Source: a virus
DNA: 33,613 bases
Direction: 5' to 3' (one strand)
UHGV virus genome: UHGV-0204359
Numbering within the stretch: position 1 is the first letter of the stretch; the number at the start of each line of letters is the position of its first letter. The notes below the pieces were generated by a model. It made no database searches, was not told the origin of the DNA, and saw nothing but the letters and a program-made list of their open reading frames with translations. The translations under genes were made by a program, and so were the position numbers. Positions 25,438-32,063 of this stretch are shown here, piece by piece.

Positions 25438-25971
25438 TTAAAATATACTTTTTCCTGATTTTAAATCTTCAATATATTCCATGCTTTCTGGCAAAAATTC
25501 ATCATTATAGGATTCTATATCTATAAAAAAATTGTCGATTTTTCTTTTTCTTGCAGCCGGAGTTTTAAGCTTTTCCGCAGATTCATAAACTTTGTAAAAC
25601 GCTCTTTTTATAAAAAGTTCTTCTGTAGCATATCTATTGTGCAAAATCATGGCATACTGTTCTGATGGCAACGGGTGCTTGAAAGGCACAAACTTTTCGT
25701 ATTTATTGACTATCTGGCAGTGGTAAAGAAGCATATTCCAACGTTTAAAAAAAATATATGGGCTTGTTGTGGTGTTTACCAACCGGACACAATCGTCAAT
25801 TATTCGATTGTGCTGCTCTAAAGTCTTCAAAGACATTTCCATTAAACTTTCTCTGCTTAGGTGAATCTCGTTTGTTATACAGCCGGTGAGTAAGTTTTGC
25901 CAAGCGATCACATCTTCCGGCGGCATGTGATATCTTTCCATAATTTGTTTTTCGTAGCTTTTGAAAAACAT
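25438..25971 (-). CDS. hypothetical accessory protein (177 aa, AT-rich)
   Basis: RBS AAGGAGGTG; lies between int and the repressor. Confidence 0.75.
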   Translation of the reverse strand: MFFKSYEKQIMERYHMPPEDVIAWQNLLTGCITNEIHLSRESLMEMSLKTLEQHNRIIDDCVRLVNTTTSPYIFFKRWNMLLYHCQIVNKYEKFVPFKHPLPSEQYAMILHNRYATEELFIKRAFYKVYESAEKLKTPAARKRKIDNFFIDIESYNDEFLPESMEYIEDLKSGKSIF

Positions 25972-25983
25972 AAGAACACCTCC

Positions 25984-26085
25984 TTGTTTTTTACCGCATG
26001 GAGTGATAAGATATATGCATTTTTCGTATCACCCATGCAGTGGTACTCTAAAAAAAGCCTCCTGCCCTAGCAGGAGGTTCTTTTT
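25984..26085 (+). ncRNA. putative ~70-nt counter-transcript module, copy 2
   Basis: TTGTTT-17-TAAGAT (TG extended), terminator CCTCCTGC-CCTA-GCAGGAGG + T run; aligns with copy 1. Confidence 0.6.
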
Positions 26086-26090
26086 ATTTG

Positions 26091-26297
26091 CTATAACCGC
26101 TCAAAAATCATAGTAGCCTGTATCCTGTCACCGCCCATCATACCCTTACTGCCCGATGATGTAGTTGATATGGTGTGCAGCCGGTATCCCTTTGCTGCCT
26201 GCTCATTGATGATATGTTCCAGCTCCGTAAGGTTTTTTGAGCCTACACCAATCAGCTTTTCTTTCAAGATCACCTGTAAAACTACATATTGTTGCAT
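26091..26297 (-). CDS. DUF4177-like small protein
   Basis: YVVLQV.LKEK..G.GS.NLTELE..INEQAAKGYRLHTIST.....G..GGDRIQAT..FE; RBS GAGGGGG. Confidence 0.75.
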   Translation of the reverse strand: MQQYVVLQVILKEKLIGVGSKNLTELEHIINEQAAKGYRLHTISTTSSGSKGMMGGDRIQATMIFERL

Positions 26298-26312
26298 AAA
26301 AATCCCCCCTCG

Positions 26313-26471
26313 TTAAAATTTAAAAAGCATTCTGGCCAGTTTGTTCCTCCGGCCTTGCTTCGTGGTCGGGATTCCCGTTGCCTTTGCGATCTTCCGCTTT
26401 GCCCCTGTGATTCCCAGAGCCTTTTTCCAGCTAAATGAAAGCCCCAGTATACTTTTTCTGCGTCTTGCCAT
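26313..26471 (-). CDS. small basic protein (52 aa)
   Basis: MARRRKSILGLSFSWKKALGITGAKRKIAKATGIPTTKQGRRNKLARMLFKF*; RBS AAAGGA; fills the gap in the minus-strand operon; not in the ORF track. Confidence 0.7.
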   Translation of the reverse strand: MARRRKSILGLSFSWKKALGITGAKRKIAKATGIPTTKQGRRNKLARMLFKF

Positions 26472-26500
26472 GTTTACCCATCCTTTGTTTAGTTTTCGTT

Positions 26501-27091
26501 TTATTTTCCTACGGCGTAACTGTCCACTCCATCACAGGCTGATTTCCTGCCGTCCATCACGGCCTTTTTCAGTGTATCCAGATCCGGCATCACTTCATCG
26601 GTGTTCACAAGCTCCCCTCTGGCTTTTTCCATACAGAAGTTGTCATACACAGTTTGAGCTACAGTCACCCTCGCCCTCATAGAACAATGATTGTCAGCAA
26701 CAATCATGTTGAGCTGCTCCCGCCACGATGACCCGGTCTTTCCAAAAATGCAGAAGTATGTCCGCCGGATATCCTCTTCGGTGAAATGTGCATTCACGTA
26801 CCGTTGTAACATATCCCTCATCTTTACCACATCATCATCGGAGCTTTTCGCTATAAATCCCGGATGTCGATACTCCATGATGTACCGCCCCATGTCTTGA
26901 CCACAGGCGGCAAACCACTTTTCTAATGTCCGATATCCCGGCTCACCTATCCCGGATTCCCAGTTCTGGATAGTAGCCACAGACCGCCCAAGAGCCTGCG
27001 CCATGAATTTACGGGACTTTCCCGCAGCGGTTCGGGACTTTTCGAGCATTAAGCCAAAATCCCTCGCTCTGTCTACCTCTTTCCTTTGCAT
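26501..27091 (-). CDS. XRE-type HTH protein with uncharacterised C-terminal domain
   Basis: SRTAAGKSRKFMAQALGRSVATIQNWESGIGEP; RBS AGGAGGGG. Confidence 0.8.
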   Translation of the reverse strand: MQRKEVDRARDFGLMLEKSRTAAGKSRKFMAQALGRSVATIQNWESGIGEPGYRTLEKWFAACGQDMGRYIMEYRHPGFIAKSSDDDVVKMRDMLQRYVNAHFTEEDIRRTYFCIFGKTGSSWREQLNMIVADNHCSMRARVTVAQTVYDNFCMEKARGELVNTDEVMPDLDTLKKAVMDGRKSACDGVDSYAVGK

Positions 27092-27267
27092 ATAGTTCCA
27101 TTTCCCCTCCTGGCTGAAAAAATAATTGGTAGATTTTCCAAAGAAAATAGCTAAAATATTTTATTTCTTTTTGAAATCAGATTAACCAACTACTTTTCCG
27201 TAAGTTGTTTTATAATACAAGCATATCTTATTACAATTTTAAACAGATTGCAACACAAATAAACAAA

Positions 27268-27296
27268 TTGACAAGTGCGAACATACGTTCTATAAT
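27268..27296 (+). promoter_or_regulatory. consensus sigma-A promoter containing a LexA (SOS) box
   Basis: TTGACA (27268-27273)-17 bp-TATAAT (27291-27296); CGAACATACGTTCT (27278-27291) fits the Gram-positive GAAC-N4-GTTC box. Confidence 0.9.
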
Positions 27297-27327
27297 TTAA
27301 GCCAAGGAACGGCAAAGGGGGATCTGT

Positions 27328-27459
27328 ATGGGTGATAAGGAAAAGATGGAGCAGTACAAAAAGGAAATCATGGAACTGGTGGAGAAAGTCCCAGATGAAA
27401 AAATGTTGCTATTTTTACTAAGGTTTATTGCAAGGAGCTTAAAAAACCGGGGAATTTAA
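27328..27459 (+). CDS. putative SOS-inducible antirepressor (43 aa)
   Basis: RBS AAAGGGGG; MGDKEKMEQYKKEIMELVEKVPDEKMLLFLLRFIARSLKNRGI*; downstream of the LexA-box promoter and convergent with the repressor. Function is inferred. Confidence 0.7.
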   Translation: MGDKEKMEQYKKEIMELVEKVPDEKMLLFLLRFIARSLKNRGI

Positions 27460-27470
27460 TCCCCGGTTTT
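27443..27470. terminator. bidirectional hairpin centred on the overlapping stop codons
   Basis: AAAACCGGGGA-ATTTAA-TCCCCGGTTTT. Confidence 0.7.
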
Positions 27471-27809
27471 GCTTTTGGAATAGAGAGCTTCGACATACCC
27501 GAATACCAGTTGTTGATCTTCAGGCGGCAAAGACATCATCTTATTAACACAATCAACAAACTTTTGGTTCATTGATATATCCGCCATCAATTCAGCATTA
27601 TCAGGTTCTTGTTCTTCCCATCCCATTAAGTAAGCAGGCGTTACGCCCAAAGCGTTGGCGTAATCACGTACTTTTTTATTAGACAGCTCCCTTGATTTTT
27701 CAACCTTGTTTACAGACGAACGGGATTTATACCCAAGCTTTCTTGCAAGTTCGTCTTGTGTCAGTCCGGCCTGCTCCCTGCACTGTCTAATACGCTCCCC
27801 TATATTCAT
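27456..27809 (-). CDS. CI-like immunity repressor (XRE HTH, 117 aa, no S24 peptidase domain)
   Basis: MNIGERIRQCREQAGLTQDELARKLGYKSRSSVNKVE...ANALGVTPAYLMGWE; ATG 27809 after AAAGGAGG. Confidence 0.9.
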   Translation of the reverse strand: MNIGERIRQCREQAGLTQDELARKLGYKSRSSVNKVEKSRELSNKKVRDYANALGVTPAYLMGWEEQEPDNAELMADISMNQKFVDCVNKMMSLPPEDQQLVFGYVEALYSKSKTGD

Positions 27810-27839
27810 GGAGTTTTCCTCCTTTCTGCTTACACTGGA

Positions 27840-27951
27840 AGTATACCATGTGTTGAAAAATTTTTCAACATTTTTCGAAAAAATAGTTGACAAAAATGTC
27901 AACAAGGTTTATATTATGATTGTAGACAAAAACGTCAACAAAAACGTCAAC
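27840..27951. promoter_or_regulatory. divergent lysogenic/lytic promoters with GTTGAC-N6-GTCAAC-type operators
   Basis: Leftward TTGAAA-17-TATACT (27868-27840); rightward TTGACA-17-TATATT (27887-27915); operators at 27852-27869, 27886-27903, 27922-27939. Confidence 0.85.
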
Positions 27952-27974
27952 AAAAACAGAAAGGAGATGATTAA

Positions 27975-28184
27975 ATGGTTGATACTCAGCTACTTGAAGA
28001 GAAGATAAAAGAATCGGGCAAAAAGTACGGATATCTGGCTGAAAAGCTGGGCATTTCAAGGCAGTATTTTAGAATGAAATGCAAAAACAAAGCCGACTTT
28101 ACAAATAAAGAAACCGATATTCTTTGCAAAGAGCTTGGTATTACATCTCTTACAGAAAAAGAAAAAATTTTCTTCAAAAAGTAG
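27975..28184 (+). CDS. Cro-like HTH regulator
   Basis: L.EKIKESGKKYGYLAEKLGISRQ....K..NK.DF...E...LC..L.I......IFF; divergent from the repressor; RBS AAAGGAG. Confidence 0.88.
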   Translation: MVDTQLLEEKIKESGKKYGYLAEKLGISRQYFRMKCKNKADFTNKETDILCKELGITSLTEKEKIFFKK

Positions 28185-28227
28185 ACAAAAACGGCAACAA
28201 CGGCAACAACGAAGAGGAGGAATAAAC

Positions 28228-28503
28228 ATGGCGCTTTACTGTAACAAGTCCGAAGCCGCAAGGTTTTTCGGAATGTGCCGTCAGACCATGTACAAGGTCA
28301 TTGACGGCATACAGGGCGAGATAAAGGCCGGGCGGTACAGCCAGTACGCCATAGCCGGGAATCTGGTAAACAAGGCCGTAGTGCTTGACTACCTCCGATA
28401 CAGGGAGTGGCTGGAGAACAAGAACACCCGGGAGCTTGTCCCACCCTATGACGAAACCGCAGCTATACGGGAGGTCGGTGAGATGGGGGGTGTGGGTAAA
28501 TGA
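28228..28503 (+). CDS. excisionase-like / winged-helix DNA-binding protein
   Basis: KSEAARFFGMCRQTMYK...LVN.....DYLRYR; ATG 28228 after GAGGAGG. Confidence 0.6.
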   Translation: MALYCNKSEAARFFGMCRQTMYKVIDGIQGEIKAGRYSQYAIAGNLVNKAVVLDYLRYREWLENKNTRELVPPYDETAAIREVGEMGGVGK

Positions 28504-28853
28504 CGGACGAGGCTATGCACCTGCTCCGTCATGCAATCGTAGCTCGTGCGTGTCTTGACTATGACACGGCGATCCGGTACATGGCAAGACCTCCGGAGCG
28601 ACAGACAGGAGCCGGAATCATCAAGCATGAGGCAATGATTGCCGAGTGCGAAAGGTTTTTCCGTGGGAACTGGTTCCGCTGCCTGTGCGAGCTGGACGGG
28701 GCGACCGTCATGCAGGCGGTCATGGAAAACGGGTATTGCAATAACAGCTTTGCTGCAAGCTCACACGTCAACCGGATTGTTCAAGGAAGTAAGCGGCGGG
28801 AGCAACGCAGAAAGGAGATGGAAGAGTATGAGAAGAAACAGGCGGGAGATTAG
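28500..28853 (+). CDS. hypothetical phage protein
   Basis: L..AIV..A..DY...ECERFFR..WF..L..LDG; ATGA overlap. Confidence 0.75.
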   Translation: MTDEAMHLLRHAIVARACLDYDTAIRYMARPPERQTGAGIIKHEAMIAECERFFRGNWFRCLCELDGATVMQAVMENGYCNNSFAASSHVNRIVQGSKRREQRRKEMEEYEKKQAGD

Positions 28854-28941
28854 AGCCCTGCTCCGGGAGCTTCCCGGAATGCTTGCAATCTGTGCGGGAT
28901 TGTACGCTTGGGCGCTCATCTTGTGGATGGTAGCACCATGA
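28828..28941 (+). CDS. small membrane protein (37 aa)
   Basis: MRRNRREIRALLRELPGMLAICAGLYAWALILWMVAP; single hydrophobic helix; stop overlaps the next ATG. Confidence 0.5.
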   Translation: MRRNRREIRALLRELPGMLAICAGLYAWALILWMVAP

Positions 28942-29423
28942 GGAGGGGCAAGATGGCAGCAGTGTTGATTCTGGCCGGGCTGATTGCCTTGTCGGTACTG
29001 GTCGACAGAAAAGTGGAAGCCGCGGAGCGCAGGGCAGACCTGGAAGCGTATATCGAACGGGTATGCGAGCCATACAACATCTGCCCGGAGTTGGTAGAAG
29101 CCATGATTGAGCGAGAGAGCCGATGGAACCCGAAAGCCCAGAACGGGGACTGCATGGGACTTATGCAGATATCCGAGCGGTGGCACCGGGAACGCATGGA
29201 GCGCCTTGGCGTTACAGACCTGTTAGAGCCTTACGATAATATCCTTGTTGGGGTTGACTACATGGCAGAGCTGTTTGAGAGATACGAGGATCCGGGCATG
29301 GTGCTGATGGTCTACAACGGCGACAGCCGGGCGAAAGACTTACAGGCAACCGGGAAGTTGTCCGAGTACGCAGACTGGATTCTGACACGCTCCGCAGAAC
29401 TGGAGCGAGAGCATGGCAAGTAA
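28938..29423 (+). CDS. SLT-domain lytic transglycosylase with N-terminal signal/TM
   Basis: ELVEAMIERESRWNPKA......GLMQI...L.EPYDNI.VGVDY..EL...LMVYNG; alternative start at 28953. Confidence 0.85.
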   Translation: MRRGKMAAVLILAGLIALSVLVDRKVEAAERRADLEAYIERVCEPYNICPELVEAMIERESRWNPKAQNGDCMGLMQISERWHRERMERLGVTDLLEPYDNILVGVDYMAELFERYEDPGMVLMVYNGDSRAKDLQATGKLSEYADWILTRSAELEREHGK

Positions 29424-29509
29424 AAATAAGCCCCAGCGAATGAGGGTTCGCTTTCGGGGCTTGCCAAAAAAGACACTTATATTATAGCAAAAAACAGGAG
29501 GACATACAA
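29424..29509 (-). ncRNA. putative ~50-nt counter-transcript module in the early operon
   Basis: Minus-strand TTGTAT (29509-29504)-17-TATAAT (29486-29481) with TG extension; hairpin AAGCCCC..AGCGAA/TTCGCT..GGGGCTT followed by a T run on the minus strand. Confidence 0.55.
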
Positions 29510-29688
29510 TGGGAAATGAAGTGGTAGTTATTCCGCTGGACGAATACAGAGCGCTCTGCTCAATGGAAGGGCGTGTAAACGCACTGCGGGATCTGGCAAA
29601 AAGAAACCGGTATATCAGCACCGAGGACGCGTTGAGTATGCTTGGCTTTGAGGAGGAGGATCATGCTGGAGAATCGAATGGTAATTGA
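29509..29688 (+). CDS. hypothetical protein (59 aa)
   Basis: RBS AGGAGG; MGNEVVVIPLDEYRALCSMEGRVNALRDL...; below the ORF-track cutoff. Confidence 0.7.
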   Translation: MGNEVVVIPLDEYRALCSMEGRVNALRDLAKRNRYISTEDALSMLGFEEEDHAGESNGN

Positions 29689-29800
29689 TTCCGAGTGGAA
29701 TGAGAGCGAGTACGGCGTACCGCTGCCGAGAAAGCGGGACAGATGGGAAGAGGAGGAAAGTGAGGAGTATGAGCGAGAACAAGAGCATGACGATATATGA
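29663..29800 (+). CDS. small acidic protein (45 aa)
   Basis: RBS GAGGAGGAGG; MLENRMVIDSEWNESEYGVPLPRKRDRWEEEESEEYEREQEHDDI*. Confidence 0.55.
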   Translation: MLENRMVIDSEWNESEYGVPLPRKRDRWEEEESEEYEREQEHDDI

Positions 29801-30407
29801 AGCTGTCAGAACGGTTCCTGATAACGCCCAGCGAGAAATTAAGGCCGGACGCTTAAAAGGAAAGACCGATATTAACCCTATGTGGAGGATTAAGGTACTG
29901 ACAGAACTGTTCGGTCCGTGCGGCGTTGGCTGGTACTACGAAACAACCCGGAAATGGATTGAAGAATCTGAAAAGGAAGCTGCTGCTTTCGTCGATATCA
30001 AGCTCTATATCAAGGTTGATGGCGAATGGTCAATGCCTATCGAAGGAACCGGCGGAAGTATGTTCAGATCGTTGGAAAGCAAGGGAATCTACACTTCCGA
30101 CGAATGCTATAAGATGGCGACCACGGACGCAATATCAGTTGCGTGTAAACAACTTGGTATTGGAGCTGACGTATACTGGGGTGCTGATTCTACAAAATAC
30201 ACATCACAGGCGGAACCACCGCTTTCACAGGATGGAGACAAGCCCGCATCGCAGGCAATGATTAAGACCATCGAGAGCATCTGCAAAAAACACGGAACCA
30301 CGCCTGAGGATATCTGTAAGGGCTTTGGAGTGAGCTGGAAAGGAATCACGAACACCACAGCCGGGCAGATGCTGGCGTATCTGAAGCAGACATATAAGGA
30401 CGAGTGA
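29769..30407 (+). CDS. Sak/Rad52-like single-strand annealing protein
   Basis: TDINPMWRIK.LTE.FGPCG.GW.Y, GTGGS, DECYKMA.TDAISVACKQLGIGADVYW; ATG 29769 after GAGGAG. Confidence 0.85.
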   Translation: MSENKSMTIYEAVRTVPDNAQREIKAGRLKGKTDINPMWRIKVLTELFGPCGVGWYYETTRKWIEESEKEAAAFVDIKLYIKVDGEWSMPIEGTGGSMFRSLESKGIYTSDECYKMATTDAISVACKQLGIGADVYWGADSTKYTSQAEPPLSQDGDKPASQAMIKTIESICKKHGTTPEDICKGFGVSWKGITNTTAGQMLAYLKQTYKDE

Positions 30408-30408
30408 C

Positions 30409-30972
30409 ATGAGATACACGGGATTTCTCAAAGACCTATTCCTCGACTGGAAAAGCCGGAGAACACGGGTGACGCTGGAGATTGACGCAAAGCCGGAGGA
30501 CTTGGAAAAGCTGAAGGACAAAAAGCTGACGGTTGAGATTAAGCCGTACAGGAAAAATCGGACACTGGACGCGAATAAGTACTATTGGATATTGCTATCA
30601 AAGCTTGCCGAAGTACTCAACCTGTCGAGACCCGAACTCCACAACATCATGCTCCGGCGGTATGGACAACTTGAGATTGTCGATGACTGCCCGATATACA
30701 ACATCTTCCCAGATACAGACAAGGCAGAAAAAGCTGTCAACAATGCCGAGACTTATCACGTGAAACCTACATCACAGGTTAAGGAAGGACGAGACGGGAA
30801 GATGTATCGCACGTATCTGATGTTGAGAGGGTCACACACCTACGATACGAAAGAAATGAGCGTGTTAATCAATGGATTAGTTGAGGAATGCAAGGAGCAG
30901 GGTATTGAAACCCTGACACCTGATGAATTAAGGAGGATGATGGAAGATGCAGAAAAGCATAATCCAAGCTGA
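30409..30972 (+). CDS. NinB/Orf-like recombination protein (putative)
   Basis: R..RTLDAN.YYW.L...LA, GSH.YDTKEMS.LI.G.V.EC...GIET.TP.E. Confidence 0.65.
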   Translation: MRYTGFLKDLFLDWKSRRTRVTLEIDAKPEDLEKLKDKKLTVEIKPYRKNRTLDANKYYWILLSKLAEVLNLSRPELHNIMLRRYGQLEIVDDCPIYNIFPDTDKAEKAVNNAETYHVKPTSQVKEGRDGKMYRTYLMLRGSHTYDTKEMSVLINGLVEECKEQGIETLTPDELRRMMEDAEKHNPS

Positions 30973-31270
30973 CCGTAAAGTGTGCTTCCTGTGCGGAAGG
31001 AATGGCAACTGGGATCCGTTGGAATGCCATCATGTTTTTTTCGGAAAATCCAACAAACCGCACTCTGACGAGGACGGTCTTGTGGTCTGGTTATGCGGCG
31101 AACGGTGCCACCGGACCGGTAAATGGTCAGCCCACCAATGCGACGATACGAACAGATACCTTAAGCGAGAAGCCCAGAACGTCTGGGAGTTGGAAAAGAG
31201 AAAGAAAGGCATGACACCGGAGGGAGCCCGGAAAGCATTCCGGGACAGATACGGCAAGAGCGAGTTATAA
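30947..31270 (+). CDS. HNH-like zinc-binding protein
   Basis: CFLCG......LECHHVFFG...S...GL.VWLC...CH......H...F...YGKS.L. Confidence 0.75.
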   Translation: MQKSIIQADRKVCFLCGRNGNWDPLECHHVFFGKSNKPHSDEDGLVVWLCGERCHRTGKWSAHQCDDTNRYLKREAQNVWELEKRKKGMTPEGARKAFRDRYGKSEL

Positions 31271-31387
31271 AAGCCTATGCGTCCAGACATACTTGGACTG
31301 CAATAATATATCACACAATGTAAGCCAAGATTTTACCTCCTTCCATGATTGGAAGGCCCGCCCTTCGGGGCGGGAGAAAGGAGGAAC

Positions 31388-31789
31388 ATGAACAGCAGGG
31401 AGAAAGGGAAAAAGGGCGAGCGTGAACTTGCCGGAATCCTGAAGGCTCACGGATACAAAGCCCGCCGGGGTCAGCAGTACTGTGGGACAAGCGGAGAGGC
31501 TGATGTGGTCGGTATCCCTGGCGTACACATAGAGTGCAAGAGAGCAGAAGCGCTAAACATCTACACAGCAATGGCGCAGGCCGTCCGGGACGCGAGACCT
31601 GGGGAAATCCCCACAGTGTTCCACCGCAAAAACCGGGAGGACTGGCTTGTAACTATGAGATTGGAGGACTACCTGGAAGAGAGGAGGGCGAAAGATGAAG
31701 CAGCAGGACATAGAAGCCCGGTTATTATTCCGAAAAATTGGGATAGGCCGGGAGCGGGCGATAAAGAGACCCGAGAACCGGAGCCTTGA
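31388..31789 (+). CDS. PD-(D/E)XK Holliday-junction-resolvase-like nuclease
   Basis: MNSREKGK.GERE.A..L...GY.ARRGQQ.......DVVG.PG.HIECKR; ATG 31388 after AAAGGAGG. Confidence 0.8.
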   Translation: MNSREKGKKGERELAGILKAHGYKARRGQQYCGTSGEADVVGIPGVHIECKRAEALNIYTAMAQAVRDARPGEIPTVFHRKNREDWLVTMRLEDYLEERRAKDEAAGHRSPVIIPKNWDRPGAGDKETREPEP

Positions 31790-32063
31790 CCGTAAGCTCC
31801 GCAGGCTGATAGCCGAGGCCAACGCACAGGGCTGTCTTATCATCAATGTGGGCAGCGGGATCTATATCCCAAGGCTTGACGTGCCGGAAGAGGACAGCGA
31901 GCTGCGGGAGTACATCGCAAAAGAGACTAGCAGAGGCGTAGAGACACTGAAAAAGGCGCGGGCTATGAATAAGGCATACCAGCGATTAAAGGCCGTATAT
32001 CAAGGCCAGATGAGCATGGAGGACTACGTGGACGAGTGGAGGCGGGGGCAACATGAGGGATAG
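31695..32063 (+). CDS. hypothetical phage protein
   Basis: I..GRE.AI.R......DRKLR.LI..A...G..IIN.G.G.Y.P. Confidence 0.7.
   Translation: MKQQDIEARLLFRKIGIGRERAIKRPENRSLDRKLRRLIAEANAQGCLIINVGSGIYIPRLDVPEEDSELREYIAKETSRGVETLKKARAMNKAYQRLKAVYQGQMSMEDYVDEWRRGQHEG

Noticed and set aside
25371..25445. Solitary CRISPR-repeat-like unit (RNA anti-CRISPR)
   Set aside because: Only a short ATTTACATT resemblance and a weak AT-rich hairpin; not enough to support without a search.
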